Position numbers and translations under genes: made by a program. Shown piece after piece: positions 52,470 through 64,000 of a stretch of 64,000 bases of DNA. The stretch lies in assembly GCA_037447605.1 (NCBI GenBank), contig CM074815.1, forward strand, positions 744,001 to 808,000, read 5' to 3'. The notes below the pieces were generated by a model. The model did not search any database. It was given only the letters and a program-made list of their open reading frames with translations, and had not been told where the DNA came from. This DNA is from Zygnema circumcarinatum SAG 698-1b (Eukaryota > Plantae > Zygnematophyceae). Positions within the stretch are counted from its first letter, which is position 1. The number at the start of each line of letters is the position of its first letter.

Positions 52470-53661
52470 GCAAGTTATCTTTCTGCTTTCTGCATTCTGC
52501 ATTCTGCATTTTGCATTCTGTATACTGCATTCAGCATTCTGCATTCTGCATTCAACTTTCAGTTTTCTGCATTCTGCATTCTGCATTCTGCATTCTGCAT
52601 TCTGCATTCTATATTTTGCATTCTACATTCTGTATTCTACTTTTTGCTTTCTGCATTCTGCTTTCTGCTTTCTGCTTTTTGCTTTTTGCTTTTTGCATTC
52701 TGCATTCTGCATTCAATATTCTACATTCTACATTTTGCATTTTGCATTCTGCATTCTGCTTTCTGTATTCTGCTTTCTGCATTCTGCATTTTGCATTCTG
52801 CATTCTGCAATCTGTATTCTGCATTCTGCATTCTGCATTCTGCATTGAGTATTGAGCATTGAGCATTGAGCATTGAGCATTCTGTATTCTGCATTCTGCA
52901 TTCTGCATTCTGCATTTTGCATTCTGCATTCTGCATTCTGCATTCTGCATTTTGCATTCTGCATTCTGCATTTTGCATTCTGCATTCTGCATTGAGCATT
53001 GAGCATTGAGCATTGAGCATTCTGCATTTTGCATTCTGCATTGAGCATTGAGCATTGAGCATTGAGCAATCTGCATTTTGCATTTTGCATTTTGCATTCT
53101 GCATTCTGCATTCTGTATTCTGCATTCTGCATTCTGCATTCTGCATTTTGTATTCTGCATTCAGCATTGAGCATTGAGCATTGAGCATTCTGCATTCTGT
53201 ATTCTGCATTCTGCATTCTGCATTCTGCATTCTGCATTCTGCATTCTGCATTCTGCATTCTGTATTCTGCATTCTGTATTCTGCATTCTGCATTCTGCAT
53301 TCTGCATTTTGTATTCTGCATTCAGCATTGAGCATTGAGCATTGAGCATTGAGCATTCTGCATTCAGCATTCTGCATTCTGCATTCTGCATTCTGCATTC
53401 TGCATTCTGCATTTTGTATTGAGCATTGAGCATTGAGCATTCTGCATTTTGCATTTTGCATTTTGCATTCTGCATTTTGCATTCTGCATTTTGCATTTTG
53501 CATTCTGCATTTTGCATTCTGCATTCTGCATTCTGCTTGTTGTTTGCTGCTTTCTCTCTTTCCCTCTTTGCTTCCCGATCTCTCCCTCTCTCCCTCCTTA
53601 CTTGCTCTCCCCCTACCTCCTCCTCCCTCTCTAAATGTCTTTTAGTTTTTTGTGCCTACAG
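52470..53661 (+). repeat. Same 7-mer satellite filling a 1.2-kb GC-AG intron
   Basis: CATTCTG/CATTTTG/CATTGAG units, bounded by AG|GCAAGT and CCTACAG|G. Confidence 0.9.
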
Positions 53662-55626
53662 GATGTTCATTGATCCTAAACGAGGGACTGTTAAGGATAA
53701 ACTAGCGCTTTCAGACTTTCAAAAGTTGTTAAGGTATATGGGGTCATTCAACAACGAAACATATTTAAAGTATGGTAGTATGGTAGCTACAGCAAAGGCA
53801 ATGATGCTTCGAGGAGATGACCAAAGATCAATTCGGCACGATCTATTCATCATGATACGGGCTACAAATGTTTTATTGGCCCATCCAATGTAATCGGCCC
53901 CTGTGTGGTGTCACGGGGAAAAAGAACCGAGGAGCAGTCCACATGGGCTTCCTTTTAGACATTCAGATCCGAATTTTGCAGCTCCATGGATGGATATCAC
54001 GATATTTGTTCCACAGGTTCATTGTATCAAAAGAACCTCCTCCAGATCTTCGGAGCAACTACCTTTGGTGAGTCTAAACTTATCCAGTCAACTATTATTT
54101 GTGTATTTTGTTTTATATTTTTGCACAAATGTACTGTTTTTATTGACACGTTTGTTTGTTGTTTTGCAGGTACAAAACCTTATTGTTTCCGTCCAAAGAC
54201 TCCATTGAGGTTGAAATGGGTCGTGAAGCACAATCAAAGTTCATGAAAAAAATCATTGAGCACTTAGATCTCAGCTGTTCAGGCACCTTGCACATATTCC
54301 GTGGCGCGGCAGCAAGGGAATGTTTCGCGCACTCTTGTGGGTTTGATCAAATCCGTGGCAGGAGGCAAATAAGCCAAATAAATCCCTTTGCAATCAATTA
54401 CCTTTTCTCGACGGCTCCTCCACCGTAGTGGTGCTCATAGGATTCAAAAAAGAAGGCTATGACATGGATGTTTTGTTCTAAAACCAAATGGCGCCAGGAA
54501 GGTGGAAGTTTCCATTTCTTTTCCCAACTCTTGAGTTATCAGATAAAGGTATTATGTCATATCAGATGGATCTTTTGGCCGAAGACAGTAGAAGGGTGTG
54601 GAAAGAGATTGAGAGGAGGGAAAGGGTTAACGCTATGTGTTTTATGTGTAGATTACCGTGGGAGTGCCTTTTAAGTCGCTGAATCTTTCACATAGAGGCT
54701 TTTTGTGGACACGCTATGCTATTTTGCATGTGTTTTATTGCAAGATGCGTTGTCAAGCCCAATAAATTCCATCAAGTCATGAATCATCCATTCTCCTTCC
54801 AACGTGAGCAATGGGATGGTCTTCTTTTAGGGTTGCCGCCGCCAGAATGTTATTGTTTTCCCGCTAGTCGCCTTTTGCACTTGGCCGCTTAGTGCTCCTT
54901 TCTCCGCTTCGGCCGCTGCTCCCCGCTTCTGCTACCTGCTTTGCTGTTGCTGAGAAACACCCATACAACCTAAGTTGCCGCGTCGCTGAGAAAAACACTG
55001 CCAGCTCGTCGCTAGCCGCCGCTGCCGCTTCTTTTTTGCTTTTGTTGTGTTGCTGCTGTTGGTGATGCTGTTGCTGTGGGCGGATTGGAGGTGGAGGCGG
55101 AGAGTAAGAAGGAGGAAGGGGGCTTCATTAACGGGGTGAGGCGGACGTCGCCTGTTTTGAGGTTGTTATTTCAGTGAAGAAGTTCTCAATTTTGCGAGAG
55201 CGGCCAGGATCGAGGGGGGGAGGAAGAAGGAGGCCTTTGACAAGATCCAAGCTAAGACAACACAATCTCAGTCATGGACTCGAACTATGGTGAGTAAAAC
55301 CATGCTGCATCACTCTCATCACTCTCATCTCTCTAGTGTATCAAACAAAATTGTATTGATATCCTCATTACAGTCCTACTTTTCACACTAGTTGTACAGT
55401 TTTCAAGTGTCAACTTTTTTGTTGATTTATGGGCAAAGAGCAATATTTGCAGGGGAGCAATGAACACCAGACACAAGTGGGACGACAAAGCCGGGGTGAT
55501 GGCATGGACCAAAGGTCAGAGCTGGGAAGCGAAGGTAGAGGGGAGTACTTGCAAGGCGGCATGCAGGAAAGGACAGATGTGGGCAGAGAAGGCAGGGGCC
55601 AAGACATGCAAGGAGGCACGGGGCCA

Positions 55627-56015
55627 AGCATGGACGAGGAAAGAAACGGTTGGGGCCAAGGCAGTCAAAGAGGCAGGGGAGCAAGCATGGACGAGGAAAG
55701 AAACGGTTGGGGCCAAGGCAGTCAAAGAGGCAGGGGAGCAAGCATGGACGAGGAAAGAAACGGTTGGGGCCAAGGCAGTCAGAGAGGCAGGCCAGGAATG
55801 GGGCCAGGAATGGGGCCAGGCATGGGGCCAGGAATGGGGCCAGGAATGGGGCCAGGAATGGGGCCAGGAATGGGGCCAGGAATGGGGCCAGGAATGGGGC
55901 CAGGAATGGGGCCAGGAATGGGGCCAGGCATGGGGCCAGGAATGGGGCCAGGAATGGGGCCAGGAATGGGGCCAGGAATGGGGCCAGGAATGGGGCCAGG
56001 CATGGGGCCAGCCAT
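55627..56015 (+). repeat. Coding repeats: 57-bp x3 (SMDEERNGWGQGSQRGRGA), then 12-bp x~18 (MGPG)
   Basis: 57-bp units start at 55627, 55684 and 55741; (ATGGGGCCAGGA)n spans ~55795-56015. Confidence 0.95.
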
Positions 56016-57727
56016 GGGGTCAGGGGCTAAAGATGGTCAGGGACTTAGAGTGCATGTTGGGAAACAGCTAGATAGATATTTAGTCAGCATGCACACAGAT
56101 GTACTTAGCTTGTGGAAGGAGTTCTGGATTGTCGGGCCAGAAGGAAAAAAGCCCATCATCGAATTGATGGCATTTTTTGGTGTGACGCGTTGGTACAGTG
56201 GTGGACGACAAGGAGAAAATAATCGGAAAAATGCTTGGTGGAATCGAATGTATCCTATTGTCATAGAAATTATATGGAGGATGGATGAGGGTGGTGAAGA
56301 CGAGAAAACGGCAGTGGCGAATGTCTCTTCAATGATGAAGGCTGTCAGTCCAAAAACCATTGATGGTTTGGTCCGGGCTTTAAAAGGGTGGGATGTTGTT
56401 AAAAGGGGGAAGAGTGGACATGCTCGTGAAGCATTGGGGATTGTTGGAAAAGAACCTGATCGAGCAAAAGACTTTTTGGAGAAGGCTGTAAAGTACAAAA
56501 GAATGATGTGTGGCTATAGTATAGCAGAGAAAAGGAAAAGGAAATAAAAGTAAAATAGAATGTCCAACTACATGCGGTAGAGATTTGCAGCGCTTCTTGG
56601 AGAAGGCCGCCATTGTTAAAGTAAGCTTCTTTGCCCACTTTTCTCCCCATGCATTTTATCTTTTTCCTTTTCTTCATCAACTTGGTGATTGTTCTTCTTC
56701 TCCCTTCCTCCCTGCAACTTGCATCCCTTCATACCCCCCTGACATGAAAAAATCGGCTTTTAGGGTTTGTTAGGGTTCTTTTCTATCTCAATCCGTGTTC
56801 AGTTTTATGAAGTCATATTGCTTGACTTTAAAAAAAGCTTATATTTGGTTTGGTGGTGACAGCAGTTCAGATTTCGGCGGCGGCCCACGTGTTGGTGGGA
56901 GAGCCTCGCCTCGCCTTGCCTGTAGAGTAGGGCCACACTCCTCTTCGGCTCGCGTGTACAAACCACAGGAGCTCCTCTGAAGGTGGGTATGGCCAACAAT
57001 TATCTCTGTGGTCATTTGCCTGAGTATGATAAGGGGAAGTGAGTATTATCATCTGAAACCTTTCTTTTTTGGAGAAGGTATTAGAGGTAGGGCCTATTGC
57101 TGAAAATTAGATCGTTCAAAAAAAAGCATTTACTTTAGAAGGGTAAGTGGTGGATACAAAGGTAAGAAGGACGAGAAGTTTGCTGCCACGGAAAGAGTGA
57201 ATAAGGGAGGCTGAGATATGGGAATGGAGTAGTTGATTAGCGGATGCAAGTGTGCCTAATTAAATAAATAACTGCGACTGATACCTTGTATATTGTTGTG
57301 TAGGTGTGCGTGGCCAAGGTAGTTGACGATGACTCGGAGCACCTGAAGGACTGCATTGTACTCACTACGCCACCGCGAGTCTTGGGGGGAAGTTTGTGGA
57401 GCAGACTGTGTGTAACTCTCGGCGGAAACTTAGCACTAGGTGAGCTCTTTGGATGTCATTTGAGCCCCTGGAGATGTTTGCGATTGTTGCGTTTCTAGTG
57501 ACTGTTCTACCTTGGTTGACTTCTTGTTTATCTTCGCAAATGTGGTCGCAGGCCCTGGACGGACTGCACTTGAATGAGAAACGTGATCAAGCTGGAATCA
57601 TTAATTGCTCTTCGGCCTGNNNNNNNNNNNNNNNNNNNNNNNNNNNNNNNNNNNNNNNNNNNNNNNNNNNNNNNNNNNNNNNNNNNNNNNNNNNNNNNNN
57701 NNNNNNNNNNNNNNNNNNNTATGAACA

Positions 57728-60700
57728 CTCCCGCCTCCCCCTCCCTCCTCTCCCTCTCTCCCCCTCCCCTCCCTCCCTCCTCTTCCCCCTCTCCTCCCTC
57801 CCTCTCTCCCCCTCCCCCCCTCCCTCCCTCCTCTCTCCCTCCCTCCCTCCTCTCCCCCTCCTCTCTCCCTCCCTCCCTCTCTGCCCCTCCCCCCTCCCTC
57901 CCTCCCTCTCTCCCCCTCCCCCCTCCCTCCGTCCCTCTCTCCCCCTCCCCCCTCCCTTCCTCCCTCTCTCACCCTCCCCCCTCCTTCCCTCCCTCTCTCC
58001 CCCTCCCCCCTCCTTCCCTCCCACTCTCCCCCTCACCCTCCCCCCTCCTCTCTCCCCCCCTCCTCCCTCCCTCTCTCCCCCTCCCCCCTCCTTCCCTCCC
58101 TCTCTCCCCCTCCCTTTTCCCTCTCTCCCCCTCACTCCCTCCTCTCTCCCCCTCCCCCCACCCTCCCTCCCTCTCTCCCCTTCCCCCTCCCTCCCTCCCT
58201 CTCTCACCCTCCCCCCTCCCTCCCTCCCTCTCTCCCCCCCCTCCTCCCTCCCTCTCTGCCCCTCCCCCTCCCTCCCTCCCTCTCTCCCCCTCCCCCTCCC
58301 TCCCTCCCTCTCTCCCCCTCCCCCTCCCTCCCTCCCTCTCTCCCCCTCCCCCTCCCTCCCTCCCTCTCTCCCCCCCCCTCCCTCCCTCCCTCTCTCCCCA
58401 CCCTCCCTCCCTCCTCTCTCCCTCCCCCTCCCTCCCTCCTCTCCCCTCCCTCCCTCCCTCCCTCTCTCCCCTCCCCCTCCCTCCCTCCCTCTCCCTCCCT
58501 CCCTCCCTCCTCTCTCTCCCCCTCCCTCCCTCCCTCTCTCCCCCTCCCCCTCCCTCCTCCTCTCTCCCCTCCCCCTCCATCCCTCCCTCTCTACCCCCCT
58601 CTCCCTCCCACCATCTCTCCCACTCCCGCCTCCCCCCTCCCCTCTCTCCCTCTCTCCCCCTCCCCCCTCCCTCCCTCCCTCTCTCCCCCTCCCTCCCTCC
58701 CTCTCTCCCCCTCCCCCTCCATCCCTCCCTCTCTCCCCCCCTCTCCCTCCCACCATCTCTCCCACTCCCGCCTCCCCCTCCCTCTCTCCCTCTCTCCCCC
58801 TCCCCCTCCCTCCTCCTCTCTCCCCCTCCCCCTCCCTCCCTCCCTCTCTCCCCCTCCCCTACCTCCTCCCTCTCTCCCTCCCTCCCTCCCTCCCTCTCTC
58901 CCCCCCCTCCCTCCCTCCCTCTCTCCCCACCCTCCCTCCCTCCCTCTCTCCCCCTCCCCCTCCCTCCGTCCCTCTCCCCCTCCCCCTCCCTCCCTCCCTC
59001 TCTCCCCCTCCCTCCCTCCCTCTCTCCCCCTCCCCCTCCTCCCTCCTCCCTCTTCCCCCTCCCCCTCCATCCCTCCCTCTCTCCCCCCCTCTCCCTCCCA
59101 CCATCTCTCCCACCGCCTCCCTCCCTCTCTCCTCTCTCTCCCCTTCCCCCTCCCTCCCTCCCTCTCTCCCCCTCCCTCCTCCCTCCCTCTCTCCCCCTCC
59201 CCCATCCCTCCCTCTCTCCCCCCCTCTCCCTCCCACCATCTCTCCCACTCCCGCCTCCCCCTCCCTCTCTCCCTCTCTCCCCCTCCCCCTCCCTCCCTCC
59301 TCTCCTCCCCCTCCCTCCTCCCTCTCCCCCCTCCCTCCCTCCCTCTCTCCCCCTCCCCCTCCTCCCCTCTCTCCCCCTCCCTCCCTCCCTCTCTCCCCCC
59401 CCTCCCTCCTCCTCTCTGCCCCTCTCCTCCCCTCCTCCCTCTCTCCCCCCTCCCCCCTCCCTCCTCCCTCTCCCCCGCCCTCCCTCCCTCCCTCTCTCCC
59501 CCCTCCCGCCTCCCCCTCCCTCCTCCTCTCTGCCCCTCTCCCTCCCTCCCTCCTCTCCCCCTCCCCCTCCCTCCCTCCTCTCTCCCCCTCCGCCCTCCCT
59601 CTCTCCCCTCCCCCTCCTCCTCCCTCTCTCCCCTCCCCTCCTCCCTCCCTCTCTACCCCTCCCCTCCTCCCTCCTCCCTCTCTCCCCCTCCCCCCTCCCT
59701 CCCTCCCTCTCTCCCCCCCCTCCCCCCCCTCCCTCCCTCTCTGCCCCTCCCCCTCCCTCACCTTCCCTCTCTCCCCCTCCTCCCTCCTCTCTCCCCCTCC
59801 TTCCTCCCTCTCTCCCCTCCCCCTCCCTCCCTCCCTCTCTCCCCTCCCCTCCCTCCCTCCTCTCCCCCCCCCTCCCTCCCTCCCTCTCTTCATCCCCCTC
59901 CCCTTCCTCCCTCCTCTGCCCCTCCACCTCCCTCCCTCCCTCTCTCCCCCCTCCCTCCCTCCCTCCCTCTCACTTAGCCTCCCCCCTCCTCCTCCCTCTC
60001 TCCCCCTCACGCCTCCCCCCTCCCTCCTCCGTCTCTCCCCCTCCCCCCTCCCTCCCTCCCTCTCTCCCACCCCTCCCCCTTCCTCTTTCCCTCTCTCCCT
60101 TCCCCCTCCCTCCTCCGTCTCTCCCCCCCTCCCCCTCCTCCCTCCCTCTCTCCCCCCCTCCCTCCCTCCCTCTCTGCCCCTCTCCCCTCCCCTCCCTCCC
60201 TCTCTCCCCCTCCCCCTCCCTCCCTCCCTCTCTCCTCCTCTCCCACTCCCTCCCTCTCTCCCCTCCCTCCCTCCCTCTCTCCCCTCCCCCCTCCCCCTCC
60301 TTTCTGCTTCCCCCTCCTCCTCCTCTCTCCCACACTCCCCTCCCTCCTCTCTCCCCCTCCCCCTCCCTCCCTCCCTCTCTCCCCCCCTCCCCCCTCCCTC
60401 CCTCTCTCCCCCTCCCCCCTCCCTCCCTCCTCTCTCCCCTCCCCCCTCCCTCCCTCCCTCTCTCCCCCACTGCACCTCCCTCTCTCCCCCCCCCTCCCTC
60501 CCTCCCTCTCTGCCCCTCCCCCTCCCTCCCTCCCTCTCTCCCCCCTCCCCCTCCCTCCCTCTCCTCCCCCTCCCCCTCCCTCCCTCCCTCCCTCCCTCTC
60601 TCCCCCTCCGCCTCCCGCCCCCCTCCCTCCCTCTCTCCCCCTCCCCTCCCTCCCTCCCTCTCTCCCCCCCTCCCTCCCTCCCTCTCCTGCCCCTCTCCCT

Positions 60701-60745
60701 CCCTCCCTCCCTTTTTCCCCTCCCCCTTCCTCCCTCTCTCCTCCA
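57728..60745. repeat. ~3-kb polypyrimidine/polypurine low-complexity tract
   Basis: Almost exclusively C/T on the + strand; begins right after a 100-N gap. Confidence 0.95.
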
Positions 60746-62299
60746 CGCTGGCTGGAAGCCGTCAACGCTCGGTGACCGCTGGTCGTGGTCGCAGGTTGCT
60801 TCAGCGCCGAGGAAGCTTCCCAAGGTGCAGCCATGGCTGCCGACTTATCTTCAAAACCACGAGGAGAAGCCCGAGTGCTTGCGAACGGACAACGTGCGTT
60901 CCATGAGCCAGTCAGCCAAAGGGCGTAGAAGCTCGTTGCAGCAGGGAGGGCTGCGGAGTTAAGCTCCGGCGCTTAACCCTAAAACAGACTGGGGATGAGC
61001 ACCGAGGGGGCTCTGTTCCCATTCTCGCCTTAGGATTAGGGTTTGGAGATGGCTCTGGAGCATGCCGGAAGGGGGGGGGGCTATCCCTTTACTTCTCGCA
61101 CCGATGGAGATTTTCTATTAGAGGGAGGAGGGAGATCGCACTCTGTGAAGGTCAATGGTTGTGTCGGCGCTCCTCCGCGCTTTAGAAGCAATTGATTAGG
61201 GTTGTAATTATTATTATCCTTTTTTTTTAATTAATTTGAGTACGTGATTGGAAAATTTTCACTGTCAATTTTTTGCTACCATTCTCTTGGATGGCTTTTT
61301 CCAATGATGCTTGTGTTTTGGAGAGGAAAAAAAACGAAATTAGAGCATGTGGCATCTATCTATAAGCTGAATTCTGCCTTCTATGCAGTGTTCTGCTTGC
61401 CGCTGTGTACGTGAAGGGCAATCTGCTTATGAACAGTTCACTGTGTTAATGCCATTAGAAGATACCATGCTTGCCAACTTCTGACTCTTTGATTTGTTGA
61501 TGTCGCGAAAACTCCCTTCGAAAACGCCCTCCCTTCCCTTTGGGCGTATGCTACAGGAAGGTAGAATAGAGGAGTTTCCACGTGAACATGCAGAGCTCCG
61601 TGGTTTTGCCGTGCTCTGCCTGCAAAAGGGCGCCAATGGTGACCTTTGGGAAGGCTGCAAAAGGCTAGGGTTGCCGATTTAGGCATTTCTTGGAGAACAA
61701 AGGATACTTCTTACCGAGGATGCCGACAACCACTGCTTGTGGTTGAGGGGTTTTTTTTTTTTTTTGAGTCGTTCTATTGGGTTACTTTGGGATAGTGGTT
61801 GGAATATGCCTGGGCATGACCCCATACAAGAGCCATCAACCAGTTAGAATAGCAGAAGATGGGAATAGGAGCATGCTGTGTGATGGAGTGCAGGGCAGTA
61901 GTGAGCAGTTTACAGAGGGTGCTGAAGGGCGGGTGCAGCAGGCGGTGCGTGGGTTTTGGCAATAGGAGCCAGTTAATTGTATTTTGTAGACATGCAGGGC
62001 TTGTACTTTGGCTTTGGCTTTTGGAATTTGTATGTGGATGAATTGGTATAAGCTGAGTTGGGGATTAGGGATGAACATTGTTGGCGACTATTTGGCACTG
62101 GTTGTTCATCTTGAATATAGTGGAATTTCATTGCTTGATCCAATGGTTCGACCTGTGCAGTAGTAATGGCTTTTGAAAGTTAATGCAGAAGCAGTAACAG
62201 AAAGGAGAGAAATTTGCATTTGGATCTCACGGTGAGCGATGCCCCATTGGACAAAAGCAGCAACAATTTTTCCGTAGGGTTATATGTAATTCGCAAGAA

Positions 62300-62392
62300 G
62301 CAAGTAGCAAGCAGCAAGCAGCAAGCAGCAAGCAGCAAGAACCAAGAAGCAAGCAGCAAGCAGCAAGAAGCAAGAAGCAAGCAAGCAACAGA
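62300..62392. repeat. (AAGC/AGC)n degenerate microsatellite
   Basis: Directly visible. Confidence 0.8.
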
Positions 62393-63377
62393 AGACGACA
62401 ACACATAGCCTGTTGTCAACAAAGAGAGAAATCAGCCAAAGGAGAAGAGAGGGAAATCAGCCAAAGGAGAAGAGAGGATAAAAGAATGTCCTTTCCACAA
62501 CTTCCACCACAACAATAATATTTAATGCTCTTGAATTGCGAGGCAAACGCCGCGAATGGCGTTGCTGCAAAAGGCAGGGAAGGAGGGAAGAGAAGGGAGG
62601 GGAGGTGGCGGCTGACCGTCGCCTCCTGCAAACCCTAAAAAATTGTCGGCGGCGACGCGCGTACGGTAACCACGGTGGGCCATGGCGGACGCTTCAAATC
62701 GTGCACGTGGCGATCGCTGATTGAAACGGCGTTGTGATGGAACTCGTCGTTTCATCGGCAAAACGGCGTCCTACGTGGACCGTAACGAGCTCGTTACGAA
62801 ACGGGCTGATGGAAACCCACCCTGAGTCAAGGCGCCACGTGGCGAGTTTACCTACGTGGCAATAAATGATTTAACTGACGCACCTTTTCGGTGTGCGCTT
62901 ACGGAATATGGTGGTGGCTTTACCCTCCCAGTTTTTCGGAAAATATTTTGAAGCAGCGGCGAGGTTCGAACCCTCGTTTTTTTTTGTTCGAATTTTGGAA
63001 TAGGACGGAGCCAAACGGAGCCGGTCACTGAAAGTGTACGGCAGCGCCTTGTTTCAGCACCTCTTACGGACAACCGTACGAACATGTACGGCGCCAGTCA
63101 CAGGCGGCCTTGGTTTCTCCTGAGGAAAATTTGCTCCCCTGGTAGCAGGGCCTGAGCTGGGCCAATGAATGGATGCCACGTAAGAATGCGTACCAACGTG
63201 ACGCTGACTTGGCGTACAGAGATTGGCTCCCGCAAGTAGAAATGGATGCCATGTAGGCATGCATGCTGATGTGACGTGCAGGGATTGGCTCCGTTGAAGG
63301 CTGGAGGGGCAGTCAGTTAGGGTTTGGAACTCCGCCCCCCCTCCCTCCTGCAGGCAGGCAGGCCAACTGGCCGACTG

Positions 63378-63380
63378 GGT

Positions 63381-63411
<31 letters not shown>

Positions 63412-63442
63412 GCTACTGCTGCTGCTGCTACTGCTGCTGCTC
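63378..63442. repeat. (GCT/ACT)n trinucleotide repeat
   Basis: Directly visible. Confidence 0.85.
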
Positions 63443-64000
63443 TGCGACTGGCGCTTCGTTCTTGCAATATTGGGAATATTGGTGACACATGCGTTTCGGT
63501 ATACGTAGGAAAAAGCAGGTAAACTATTAGTCAGTGCAACTGAACAGGTTTCTCGGCTTTGTTTTTTTTTTTTTGGCTTTTTTGTTTCAAGAGGTTGAAG
63601 AATGGAAATGCATTGGAAGTTGCAGATCGTTTGGCTTCCTCAGTGCGAGACCGTGCAGCATTCAGCTGATGCACTTTTGGGAAGCTGCATAGTCAATATG
63701 AAGAGGTCTACTGCTTTGTAACTCCAGCTGATTTGCATCGGAGTGCAGAGATGTGGAGCAGAATCGCGAATCTGAAAGATAACATCACAGCGATCGCAGC
63801 AGATGTCTTGGAGACTCAGGAGGAGATAGAGGCTGAAACAAATGGAGATTTTCTTTCACAGACTGATCCTCCGAGAAGCAGTAACTATGCAAGCACTGCA
63901 AGGAAAAGCAGAGACATTCAGGTAGGATTGTCGTATCAAGTGCTCACTATTAACGACTATATAAAGACCAAACATTGCCGCTGTCGGTATTGCCAGTCTT

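Larger units (their letters stand above)
49067..56547 (+). mobile_element. Crypton-like tyrosine-recombinase DNA transposon gene (NDC10_II-like YR + C-terminal GCR1_C), intron-containing and frameshifted in the catalytic region
   Basis: Exons 49067-49275, 52098-52469, 53662-54067 and 54170-~54680 splice in frame at each junction. Motifs: FIDPKRGTVKD, MLRGDD (R at 53810), RHSDP, YLFHRF..KEPPPD, HIFRGAAAR (HxxR at 54291), NYL (Y at 54399) and LIGF...LFP. Downstream ORF 55429-56547 ends in a GCR1_C-like stretch (TDVLSLWKEFWIVGPEGKKPIIELMAFFGVTRW...RMYPIVIEI...TAVANV). Confidence 0.8.

Noticed and set aside
49278-53524. Long ORFs rich in HSAFCIL / MLNAQCS / MQNAECR (up to 569 aa)
   Set aside because: These are translations of a stop-poor 7-mer satellite that lies inside introns.
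57300-57620. Exon-like segment (VCVAKVVDDDSEHLKDCIV...)
   Set aside because: Cannot be extended in frame before the gap, and no family is recognised.
57453-60962. 1169-aa and 1110-aa Pro/Ser/Leu ORFs and the antisense Gly/Arg/Glu ORFs
   Set aside because: Artefacts of a C/T-only tract that spans an N gap.
62965-62990. tRNA T-arm-like hairpin CGAGG-TTCGAAC-CCTCG followed by T-run
   Set aside because: No D-arm/A-box, anticodon arm or acceptor stem upstream, so it is not callable as a tRNA.

Overview
Eukaryotic nuclear DNA with GT-AG introns and plant-type genes. A streptophyte alga or early-diverging plant is inferred, not proven. There are four N gaps. I could splice seven host genes by hand with consistent reading frames: an EamA/DMT transporter with a very long Gly/Ala-rich tail (-), a membrane + coiled-coil + DOG1-like domain protein (+), a FAM214/ATOS (DUF4210 + Chromosome_seg) protein (-), COX11 (+), an ALT-type hot-dog thioesterase (+), a small putative plastid membrane protein (-) and aminopeptidase M1 (-). 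The intergenic DNA is rich in mobile elements. It contains a decayed CRE-like RLE non-LTR retrotransposon and a nested cluster at 31.3-33.6 kb (two TIR elements with 8-bp TSDs built from 42-bp palindromic repeats, a TA-flanked MITE and a retrotransposon 3' fragment). The most striking element is an intron-containing Crypton-like tyrosine-recombinase element (NDC10_II-like YR + GCR1_C) whose two largest introns are filled with a graded 7-mer satellite. Most long ORFs in the supplied track over 49-53 kb and 57-61 kb are translations of simple repeats. All family assignments come from recalled motifs; no database searches were run.
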